Virus record (IMG/VR): IMGVR_UViG_3300034071_000801 | Coordinates: 47,405 to 111,404 of that record | DNA length: 64,000 nucleotides | DNA from: a virus | Taxonomy: Duplodnaviria > Caudoviricetes | Reading direction: 5' to 3' (one strand) | Part shown: positions 8,797-16,258 of the stretch, one piece after another | Layout of the letters: each line of letters begins with the position of its first letter | Numbering within the stretch: position 1 is the stretch's first letter | Translations under genes and position numbers: made by a program | Notes under the pieces: model-generated | Seen by the model: the letters and a program-made list of their open reading frames with translations, nothing else | Told to the model about the DNA's origin: nothing | Databases searched by the model: none

Positions 8797-8828
8797 TTTG
8801 CATATGTCTAGGACATGTTGTAGATTTA
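8797..8828 (+). promoter_or_regulatory. Putative Bacteroidota sigma-A promoter for the homing endonuclease
   Basis: TTTG-N20-TAGATTTA (one mismatch to TAnnTTTG), 23 nt before ATG 8852. Confidence 0.5.
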
Positions 8829-8851
8829 CACCATATCTTAAATTCTTTATC

Positions 8852-9271
8852 ATGACACTACAATACCTTTCTGGATTCTTTGATGCTGATGGTTCAATAT
8901 CAATGAGTAAAAGTTCTAAAAACGATACTTACAAATGTATCAAAATAGATTTTACTAATACTTACATAACAATTCTTGAAGAGATTCAAAAATACTTGTT
9001 AAATGAGCATGGTATTAAAACACATATATCAAAAAAAGCAATTAGAAAAGAAAACCATAATATTGGTTATTCTTTATCTTGTAATAGTAATCAAACTTGT
9101 TTGAAACTTTGTAAACTTATAGATTCTCATCATCCTAAGAAGTTACATCGTATAAATACAATTTTGAAATATCATGATGCAGTTACCATAAGAAATGGTA
9201 AATACACAGATAAACAAGCTACAAGAAGATTAGCCTACGAGAGACTATTCTTTCTTCCTACATTTCTGTAG
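8852..9271 (+). CDS. Single-motif LAGLIDADG homing endonuclease, antisense within the intron
   Basis: MTLQYLSGFFDADGSI LAGLIDADG helix, FTNT strand; 139 aa from ATG 8852. Confidence 0.9.
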   Translation: MTLQYLSGFFDADGSISMSKSSKNDTYKCIKIDFTNTYITILEEIQKYLLNEHGIKTHISKKAIRKENHNIGYSLSCNSNQTCLKLCKLIDSHHPKKLHRINTILKYHDAVTIRNGKYTDKQATRRLAYERLFFLPTFL

Positions 9272-9781
9272 GGATCGGACTATATCATCATCTGTTCTAG
9301 ATGTTGCTTACTGTGGGCTCACCGTAGTGTCCCTAGTCTCTGAACCTTCTCACTTCTTCCAGTGAGCTTGGCTGCTGATTGGCATATTACCCTCGCAGGT
9401 GTAACTTAGCGTTCCAGCAATTCAAGCAATTTTTAATTATACATCCCTGTATAATGAGTCCAATTTCCAAACTCCCGTGTTGCTTACTTCAAAAATACAA
9501 TTTTATACAGCTTATTTAGGGTCAAGCTAGGCTTAACGTTCCCACCACTCTATTTAATCTAATAGAGAAATCTTGAGGTAATTTAGGCTGCTAAACCAAC
9601 GATTACATCCTCATTCAATAATGAGAATACTTTGTTCATGTTAGCTTCGATTTGTGCGTTTGCTCCTAGAGCCACTACACGACTTGTGTTTTTGCCATTT
9701 AAAATAATTCACCTTAGTTTACAGTTATCTCTCTGGCTGAATTGTATAATCTATAATAACCAGTCAATTCCAGTCACCCCC

Positions 9782-10370
9782 ATTTCCCTCGTGTGAGGGC
9801 ATGTATCAATTGTTGTGTTGTTGACCAATGATCAACTTGTATTAGCACCCATCATTATAGCCTTGCAAGTTAGCCCTCGCTGCTTACTTAATGATTAGGG
9901 TCACGTAGTTAATAATACAGTTTGCAGACTGTTAAAGTATAAAATTACAAAAATTACACTTATTAACTACTTGCTTGGAACTCATTTGTGTTGTGACAAA
10001 GTGGCTTAAAAGCTTAGTCCAATCTCTTTCCTTTCTCAAGGGAACAACACATCTACCATTACTGATAGTATCTTTATGTAATGTTTAGTATTTACACTGT
10101 ATTTAAGCACAGGATTATTTCATTACAAAGGTATTCAATGTTTAGCCTGTTTGAGAGTTTATTCATTGCAACTCACAAGTGTTCCCTAACATCAGAGACC
10201 AATCCTACAAGTTTAATGTGTGTGGATGTAGGACCACATTCTTTTGTATCACTCTAGTGAGTTTAAAACTCATAATATGCATAATATAGGTAAGTTCAAT
10301 GATACGCAGCACATACATTGACTATTTAAACTGCTATGTGGCGTTTATAGTCCCCAGTGATTATACAATA
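9782..10370 (-). ncRNA. Candidate large ornate ncRNA (~590 nt)
   Basis: No ORF of 60 aa or more; many nested helices and GNRA-capped hairpins; lies between a consensus promoter and the tmRNA 5' end; boundaries approximate. Confidence 0.65.
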
Positions 10371-10376
10371 TCCCTG

Positions 10377-10408
10377 CAAATATAATCTACAGGGAGTAAC
10401 AAAACAAA
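10377..10408 (-). promoter_or_regulatory. Bacteroidota sigma-A promoter driving the RNA operon
   Basis: Perfect TTTG (10408-10405)-N20-TATATTTG (10384-10377). Confidence 0.75.
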
Positions 10409-10420
10409 TAATTAATCAAA

Positions 10421-11812
10421 TTATAATTTAATTTGTTGTTCACCTACACCTTTAGCATAGCTGAACACTTCCAATTCTTCTGTCACCTTAATCTGTTTAC
10501 CATCTGTCTCAAGACAAAGATCTCTCAACTCATCACTAAATTGCATTAATGATATGGCATTCACTTTATAAGGAAACTTCTCTGTGTTGATATCATCTTG
10601 ACCATCATTGATGATTAAGATCTCTGGCTTCTCTTCTGATAAATCAATATCAAGATTGTGAAGCTTACGATCAGCTATCTCTTTAGCTACATAATTAACC
10701 ATATCACCAATTTCTGTTCCTCCACCATTAGGATCATTAGAGAATGTTTGCCAAAATGCAATTACATCTTCTCTATCCTTTATGTGTTTGAACTCTAAGT
10801 CTTCTGGATTATGTACAAAATAACTAAAGAACACTTCAGCTTCACCTCTCATAACATACTTGAATCTGTCTATTAATATAGCATTTACCCAAATCTGTTT
10901 CTCTTCTTCATTCATACTACCAGAATAATCTAATAGAATGATAATCTTCTGAATCTGCTCTTTTCTATCAACAGGAACATTCACTGTTAAGTCTTTAGTT
11001 AAGAATTTAGTTCTGAAATTAGGAAACATCTTCTGATATAATGGCATCATGTGTATTTGAGCATAATCTCTCATAATCATTGTTGCATATTGATCAGAAT
11101 TAGCCACTATCTTCTCAGATATCTCTTTCTCCACCTTAAACTCATTACCAAACTTACCAACAAGAGATATATGATTCATAATCTCCATCTTCTTATCCTT
11201 GCTTAGTTCATTTAGATCTAATTGTTCATTGATATCTGGATCAGAATAAAGACTTCTATCAAAATCAAATGTTTTTGTTGGATCCACTTCATCATCTTCA
11301 TCATTATCATCTTTTTCTTTACCAGATGATTCTTTAAGCTTCAGATAGATAGCAATAGCTTGTTCAAGAGGTGTAAATCCTGGAACATATTGTTCATATA
11401 CAGCATCAAGCAAAGGTTTCTTCTTTAGATATTCTCCTTTGTCTTCATCAGATAAATTATCTACATCTTTATACTTATCAGCTATATATTCTGTTTCATC
11501 AATCATCTTGAAATAGCACACACGTGCTAACTCTTTGATCAAATCAATAGATGCTTGCTTCTTAACACCTCTCACCTTAGCTTTGATGTCTTTAGCACTT
11601 GGTGTTAGATAATTGACTGGATCTTTAACAAATAGATCTTCATCATTATCTTCATATGATACAACAAATGAGAAATTAGACCAAGAACTCTTGGACCATC
11701 CACTACCACCATATTTACTTTTCCAGCCTCCACTACTCTTCTTAGGAGTATAGGAAGGGGCATAATAATCACCGTAGTAATCATCATACCCATTATCCCA
11801 TAAACTTGCCAT
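10421..11812 (-). CDS. von Willebrand factor A (VWA) domain protein
   Basis: MIDAS motifs LLDYSGSM, GGGT, IINDG; coupled to the upstream AAA+ gene. Confidence 0.88.
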   Translation of the reverse strand: MASLWDNGYDDYYGDYYAPSYTPKKSSGGWKSKYGGSGWSKSSWSNFSFVVSYEDNDEDLFVKDPVNYLTPSAKDIKAKVRGVKKQASIDLIKELARVCYFKMIDETEYIADKYKDVDNLSDEDKGEYLKKKPLLDAVYEQYVPGFTPLEQAIAIYLKLKESSGKEKDDNDEDDEVDPTKTFDFDRSLYSDPDINEQLDLNELSKDKKMEIMNHISLVGKFGNEFKVEKEISEKIVANSDQYATMIMRDYAQIHMMPLYQKMFPNFRTKFLTKDLTVNVPVDRKEQIQKIIILLDYSGSMNEEEKQIWVNAILIDRFKYVMRGEAEVFFSYFVHNPEDLEFKHIKDREDVIAFWQTFSNDPNGGGTEIGDMVNYVAKEIADRKLHNLDIDLSEEKPEILIINDGQDDINTEKFPYKVNAISLMQFSDELRDLCLETDGKQIKVTEELEVFSYAKGVGEQQIKL

Positions 11813-13128
11813 TATATGAATGAAGCAATTTGAAGGTTCTTAGCAAACTTATCCATAGCTTGTGTAGCAGCTTTCACTAATTGTGAATGTATTTGTGCAA
11901 TATCATCACTCACTGCTAATCCTTTGATGTCTGTCAATTGTTTAGTAAGATCACCAAGAGCATCTCTGTACATCTTCTCATCATCTCTAGATACCAATGG
12001 TAAATGAGTTAGAGTTTCAATACTGAATGTAAGAGATGCAGATAAATCTCTGAACTTAATTGTAGCCTCAAACTTCTTAATAGCTTCAGCTATCAATGAT
12101 GGTTTCTTAGAGAACTCAGCAATAAAGCTTAATGATTCTGGTCCACATTGGTCATACACTTGATATGCTGTTACAGCTACACGTGGACTAATTGTAATAC
12201 CATTCTTTGCATACTCTTGTAACAAATAAGGAATCACTGGATCCACATTGTCTACACCAAACTTACTTTCTAGTAATTTGTTGTAGCTGATCTCTGTGTA
12301 ATTATCCCAGATAACATTCAATTCAAGAGGAAATCTTTCCATCAATGCTTTCAATGACATATTCTTTGAGAATTCATCACGAGTTCTATTAGTACAACAG
12401 ATGATGAATTTAGTCTCAATAGGAAATATCTGTGTACCATTTCTAAATGTACCACTTGATAATATATCCTTTAATTGCTCTAAGATGAAATCAGGAGCAT
12501 CAAACATCTCTTCGAATATAACAAAAGGATGATTCATAAATGAATTCTCTACAAGATATTCTATTTTACCTGTCTTCTCAAACATAGGTATATCAAGACC
12601 ACCAAACAATCTATCTGTTGTCATACCTGTACCCATTGTAATAACATAAGGTTCAATACCTTTTGATTTTAGAAAATCAAGTGTCATTTCTGATTTACCA
12701 TGTCCTCCTGGACCATATAAAACTACATTTTTACCTGTTTGAAACCCTACATTAAGGACATTTACTGTTTTGTCCATAAATACGAACTTCTCTGCTACTG
12801 GATTTGCTTTTGCTGATTTCTTTACTTGTGTTGCCATTGTTTTTTCTTTTGTTATTAAGGAATTGTTTAATTTAATTTGTTCTAATACTTCTTCTATGTT
12901 TACTTCTTCTATTTCTTTGATGATACAATTGTTTGATCGGAACACCCAACCATTTATTTCAAATGTATCATCTCTCTCAATGTATTTAATGAATTTATCA
13001 GGAACCTCTTGTTCCATATAATCATTCATATCACCACCTTCAGCCCATTCATCTGGTATATCATATTCATCATTCCAAAGACCATCATCTTTAAACTCTT
13101 GTTCACTTTTAAATCTATATTTACTCAT
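11812..13128 (-). CDS. MoxR/RavA-like AAA+ ATPase with acidic N-terminal extension
   Basis: Walker A GPGGHGKS, Walker B VIFEE, sensor CTN, ALMERF; likely starts ATG 13128 and/or internal ATG 12837. Confidence 0.88.
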   Translation of the reverse strand: MSKYRFKSEQEFKDDGLWNDEYDIPDEWAEGGDMNDYMEQEVPDKFIKYIERDDTFEINGWVFRSNNCIIKEIEEVNIEEVLEQIKLNNSLITKEKTMATQVKKSAKANPVAEKFVFMDKTVNVLNVGFQTGKNVVLYGPGGHGKSEMTLDFLKSKGIEPYVITMGTGMTTDRLFGGLDIPMFEKTGKIEYLVENSFMNHPFVIFEEMFDAPDFILEQLKDILSSGTFRNGTQIFPIETKFIICCTNRTRDEFSKNMSLKALMERFPLELNVIWDNYTEISYNKLLESKFGVDNVDPVIPYLLQEYAKNGITISPRVAVTAYQVYDQCGPESLSFIAEFSKKPSLIAEAIKKFEATIKFRDLSASLTFSIETLTHLPLVSRDDEKMYRDALGDLTKQLTDIKGLAVSDDIAQIHSQLVKAATQAMDKFAKNLQIASFI

Positions 13129-13137
13129 AGCTTTGAT

Positions 13138-13164
13138 ATAAAAGAGAGCCATTACAGCTCTCTT
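13138..13164 (-). terminator. Intrinsic terminator-like hairpin
   Basis: AAGAGAGC-TGTAATG-GCTCTCTT followed by TTAT. Confidence 0.55.
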
Positions 13165-13169
13165 GTTAG

Positions 13170-13448
13170 TTATTCATTAATGATGTCAATTGGATAATCT
13201 TCATCATCATTTTCTTCTTCAGATCCACTAATGATATCAAACATATCACCTATGTCTCTCAACTTTTCACCTAAATGTTTAGCAAGATTCTTGAGAGCTT
13301 CTGTAGTTAGACTATCTAACCATTCTTGTTGCTTCTCTTGTGTACAATCTTCAAACACTGTAGGTTGTCTTCTCTTATCACCTGGAAGTGTATCAAATAT
13401 ATACACACCAGATAGATTTCTTCTTGTTGGACTAGTCATCATCACCAT
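13170..13448 (-). CDS. Hypothetical protein
   Basis: 92 aa, RRNLSGVY...VFEDCT motif. Confidence 0.65.
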   Translation of the reverse strand: MVMMTSPTRRNLSGVYIFDTLPGDKRRQPTVFEDCTQEKQQEWLDSLTTEALKNLAKHLGEKLRDIGDMFDIISGSEEENDDEDYPIDIINE

Positions 13449-13923
13449 CTCCTTCTTCTTCTTGCTGTTTTCTAGCTAAGTCTTTAAGGAAATTACCAAG
13501 TTCTGGTGGTAATGAATCACCATCAATTGGATCACCTGCACTACGACCTTCTGTAAGTTGATCAAGCATCTCTTTGATGTGAGGTGGAAGATCATCACCA
13601 TCTAATTTAATAGATTTAACTGAATCTTTCATACGCTCAAATTTATCTTTTAAACTATCTGCAAATCCATCTAGTTTATCTTGTAAATAGAATGATGACA
13701 TCACAACTAATTGAGAATAGCTAAATTCATTAGCACATGTCTCTACCAATAAACTTGGTGACATATCATCTTTTACTTCTTTGTTCTCATCAAAGACGAA
13801 CTCTTTTAATGTACTTGCAATTTGATCTTGTAGATCAGTCATGTAAGCATCTGTTACACCAATTGCATTGTTAAGCTTTTTTTGACCATGGTCAAAGGTG
13901 AAAATACTTGTTTGTGTACTCAT
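13432..13923 (-). CDS. Hypothetical acidic protein
   Basis: 163 aa, preceded by TCCTTAATAA. Confidence 0.75.
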   Translation of the reverse strand: MSTQTSIFTFDHGQKKLNNAIGVTDAYMTDLQDQIASTLKEFVFDENKEVKDDMSPSLLVETCANEFSYSQLVVMSSFYLQDKLDGFADSLKDKFERMKDSVKSIKLDGDDLPPHIKEMLDQLTEGRSAGDPIDGDSLPPELGNFLKDLARKQQEEEGDGDDD

Positions 13924-13943
13924 GTTATTAAGGATTTAATTGA

Positions 13944-14099
13944 TTACTGGTTTATTGTTTGTCTAATGTCTATTGTTCTTTCTCTTATAATTCCATTTCT
14001 GAAATTATATATCACTTCTACGATTAATCTCTTAGCTTTAATTGCTTTAAATCTATCTGTTGATGCTACTAATGTACCTTTGTTCACTCTAGGTCTCAT
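13944..14099 (-). CDS. 51-aa basic hypothetical protein (not in ORF track)
   Basis: MRPRVNKGTLVASTDRFKAIKAKRLIVEVIYNFRNGIIRERTIDIRQTINQ*; ATGA overlap with the upstream stop. Confidence 0.6.
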   Translation of the reverse strand: MRPRVNKGTLVASTDRFKAIKAKRLIVEVIYNFRNGIIRERTIDIRQTINQ

Positions 14100-14332
14100 A
14101 AAACAAGTTTTAATATTGATGTTATTAGATTAAATGCTACTAATGAATAGAAACATATCTTAAGAACTCTATTCTCTTTCTTATAGAGAGTGATTAATCT
14201 ATCAGCTATGCGTAGCCTTTCATCTTTAAGCTTAATCAGCTCATCAGCTGTTTGTAATGCTTGTTGTTGCATATCTATCAATTCATTCATTGATTGTAAT
14301 GCATCTTCTAAATTTCTTTCTTTAATTGCCAT
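14096..14332 (-). CDS. Coiled-coil protein with C-terminal membrane anchor
   Basis: Heptad-like N-terminus, hydrophobic C-terminus. Confidence 0.65.
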   Translation of the reverse strand: MAIKERNLEDALQSMNELIDMQQQALQTADELIKLKDERLRIADRLITLYKKENRVLKICFYSLVAFNLITSILKLVL

Positions 14333-14351
14333 TGTTATTTGATTTAATTGA

Positions 14352-14510
14352 TTATTTATTTGAGATCATCATACCAATAAGAATTGGTAATGTAAAAGGA
14401 CTTAATAAAAATATTACCCATTCTTTTGATGTAATTGTATCAACTGATTCATTTGCTTGAATCATCATACCTAGCATAACTAGGTATGATATAATAATAT
14501 ATGTTGTCAT
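14352..14510 (-). CDS. 52-aa membrane protein (not in ORF track)
   Basis: MTTYIIISYLVMLGMMIQ...WVIFLLSPFTLPILIGMMISNK*; start overlaps the upstream TGA. Confidence 0.6.
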   Translation of the reverse strand: MTTYIIISYLVMLGMMIQANESVDTITSKEWVIFLLSPFTLPILIGMMISNK

Positions 14511-14701
14511 CATAATCCAATAAGATTATCAAAACAACTCTCTAACAAGAATGTTAGTTGTTGTCTTTCATGAAACAATATGTCTTGTTGCTCTTCAATC
14601 ACATGTATGTTTGTATCATCATGTGCATCTCTTAGACTATCTAATGCATGTATTTCATTCTTGATAGTCTGTAACCTTTGTTCAATGATTTCTGTTCTCA
14701 T
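14510..14701 (-). CDS. Hypothetical protein
   Basis: 63 aa, helical, packed operon. Confidence 0.65.
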   Translation of the reverse strand: MRTEIIEQRLQTIKNEIHALDSLRDAHDDTNIHVIEEQQDILFHERQQLTFLLESCFDNLIGL

Positions 14702-14703
14702 AT

Positions 14704-14910
14704 TTAATAGTTGTTAAGTTTTTCTTCAAGATCACATCCTACAATAACACTTGGTATCCAACCAAATATCATCATACATATTAATGTTCCAACATTTGTG
14801 TAACATTCTTTTAATGACATATCAGATAATAAATATCCAATAAGACTCATAAGAGTCCATGTAGCAATAAGCGTAGCTATTATAGCTAACATAATTTTTG
14901 TTGATTTCAT
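14704..14910 (-). CDS. Small two-helix membrane protein
   Basis: 68 aa, hydrophobic; preceded by TCCTTAATAA. Confidence 0.65.
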   Translation of the reverse strand: MKSTKIMLAIIATLIATWTLMSLIGYLLSDMSLKECYTNVGTLICMMIFGWIPSVIVGCDLEEKLNNY

Positions 14911-15036
14911 TTTATTTGTTATTAAGGAGTTTGTATTGTAAAATCATTTGTAGTTATTCATAGCGAAAATGACCCCTCATTTGTTGTTTGAAGGTATATA
15001 TGTACTACATCCTACTGTTCTAGGACTGTAAATGAT

Positions 15037-15249
15037 TTAGAATTTCCAATGTTCTTCAAAATCTGGTGTATAACCAGTCTTATCTACTAATGGTCTAGAC
15101 TTATCTATTAACCATCTCACTTTATATCTACCAAGCTTATCTTGTTTGATTGTCTGTAAACATCTATCACCAAGAACAGCTTTAAAGCCTTCAGCACTCT
15201 TTAGACTGTTGAAGACTCGTGTAGCATATCTTTGTTCTTTATTCTTCAT
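15037..15249 (-). CDS. Hypothetical protein
   Basis: 70 aa. Confidence 0.6.
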   Translation of the reverse strand: MKNKEQRYATRVFNSLKSAEGFKAVLGDRCLQTIKQDKLGRYKVRWLIDKSRPLVDKTGYTPDFEEHWKF

Positions 15250-15706
15250 AATATAATGGTGACATATCTAGTTTAAATATTCTTCTCTGCCATATTATTC
15301 TAAATGCTTCTATTTCATCAGATGTAAACCACATACTGTCTGTATGTAATACATTTTTACCAATCCACCAAGAGAAATGATAATGCTTGTTATACATATC
15401 ACTAATTTCTTCGTGTTTATACATAGCAAGTTCACTATGATAATCTTCTAATGGATCATAATAGAACTCATCATCATTATCACTATCATCATAATAATCA
15501 TCATCGTAATCATTATATTCAACTATTATTGGACTATATTGATCAAAGACTTCTTCTTCTAATATATAATAATGATCTATACCATCATAGTTTATAAGAT
15601 CATCTAAATATCTATCTGCATCTTCTCTATGAAGAAACATCTTTCTATTGTGTGGAGCATAATAGTCATCATTATAATGCTTCCAATGTGCTGTAAATAT
15701 ATTCAT
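15239..15706 (-). CDS. Asp/Tyr-rich hypothetical protein
   Basis: Likely start ATG 15706 (MNIFTAHW) directly after TCCTTAATAA. Confidence 0.65.
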   Translation of the reverse strand: MNIFTAHWKHYNDDYYAPHNRKMFLHREDADRYLDDLINYDGIDHYYILEEEVFDQYSPIIVEYNDYDDDYYDDSDNDDEFYYDPLEDYHSELAMYKHEEISDMYNKHYHFSWWIGKNVLHTDSMWFTSDEIEAFRIIWQRRIFKLDMSPLYYEE

Positions 15707-15806
15707 ATTATTAAGGAGTTTTAAAATTATATAAACAATCAATTATAGCAAACTTCCTATTGCTCTTCTATTATTGTACCACAGTATTGGTAATTGATTG
15801 TTATTT

Positions 15807-15829
15807 AAAAAGGCCCGTAGAAGAGCCTA
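15807..15829 (-). terminator. Intrinsic terminator
   Basis: Minus strand AGGCTC-TTCTAC-GGGCCT-TTTT. Confidence 0.55.
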
Positions 15830-15835
15830 TAATTA

Positions 15836-15967
15836 TTATTCTATATAAGAAGAAAGTTTATCTCTAAGTAATAACATATCTTCTGATTCATTACCTGATT
15901 CAAACATATATACTCTTATTGTATATAATAACTCTTGTATCTCTTCCTTGGTTAGTTCTACTACCAT
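15836..15967 (-). CDS. 43-aa hypothetical protein (not in ORF track)
   Basis: MVVELTKEEIQELLYTIRVYMFESGNESEDMLLLRDKLSSYIE*, followed by a terminator. Confidence 0.5.
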   Translation of the reverse strand: MVVELTKEEIQELLYTIRVYMFESGNESEDMLLLRDKLSSYIE

Positions 15968-16067
15968 AATGCTATATTTATTGGTTATGTTCGTTGATTA
16001 TTATGTTTATTATTTATGCTCTATTATTGTGTCTATGTCTCCACTGCTATGTTTTTATTGTCACATA

Positions 16068-16215
16068 AAACTTTTTACGAGGGAGAAATAAACTTTTTAC
16101 TCCTATATATATAGGTGTAGTCTATTTCTTTAGGTTTCCCACCCAAATGTTCTATGAACCCACCCTTATATATATAATGTATAAACTTTTTACTACGGAG
16201 AAATAAACTTTTAAT
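16068..16215. repeat. Intergenic iteron-like direct repeats
   Basis: AAACTTTTTAC at 16068, 16090 and 16183, variant at 16205; two pairs joined by GGAGAAAT with 22-bp spacing. Confidence 0.75.
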
Positions 16216-16217
16216 AT

Positions 16218-16243
16218 AATAACAAGCCCAAATTAATGGGCTT
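16218..16243 (-). terminator. Terminator-like hairpin after ORF 16259-16774
   Basis: AAGCCCA-TTAATT-TGGGCTT followed by GTTATT. Confidence 0.5.
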
Positions 16244-16258
16244 GCTATTGCATTGCTA

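Larger units (their letters stand above)
8768..9469 (-). mobile_element. Group I intron (702 nt, IA-like) in the tmRNA T-loop
   Basis: P1 GAGTT/GACTC with U.G at the 5' splice site; P AATTGCTGGAA (9422-9412), Q AATCAGCAG (9380-9372), R TTCAGAGACTA (9344-9334), S GATATAGTCC (9286-9277); P3 TTGCTT/AAGCAA; extra helix after P7; P9 CCTACA-GAAA-TGTAGG; terminal G at 8768. Confidence 0.93.
8750..9781 (-). ncRNA. ssrA: tmRNA split by a group I intron (exon 1 9781-9470, exon 2 8767-8750; about 330 nt spliced)
   Basis: 5' GGGGGTGACTGGAATTGAC; acceptor stem GGGGGTG/CACCTCC with G3.U70 and discriminator A; spliced T arm GGGAG-TT^CGAAT-CTCCC; internal tag frame 9696-9583 ending GLAA*. Confidence 0.93.

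Noticed and set aside
8783-8851. TTG-started N-terminal extension of the LAGLIDADG ORF
   Set aside because: Overlaps the putative promoter; ATG 8852 puts the LAGLIDADG helix at the usual N-terminal position
9782-10370. RNase P RNA, second group I intron or known riboswitch as the identity of the upstream RNA
   Set aside because: No GAGGAAAGUCC/AGUCGGC P4 signature, no P/Q/R/S set and no riboswitch consensus recognised by eye; left as an unassigned ncRNA
16068-16215. Mini CRISPR array
   Set aside because: Repeats are only 11 bp with 11-bp near-identical linkers, no unique spacers and no cas genes
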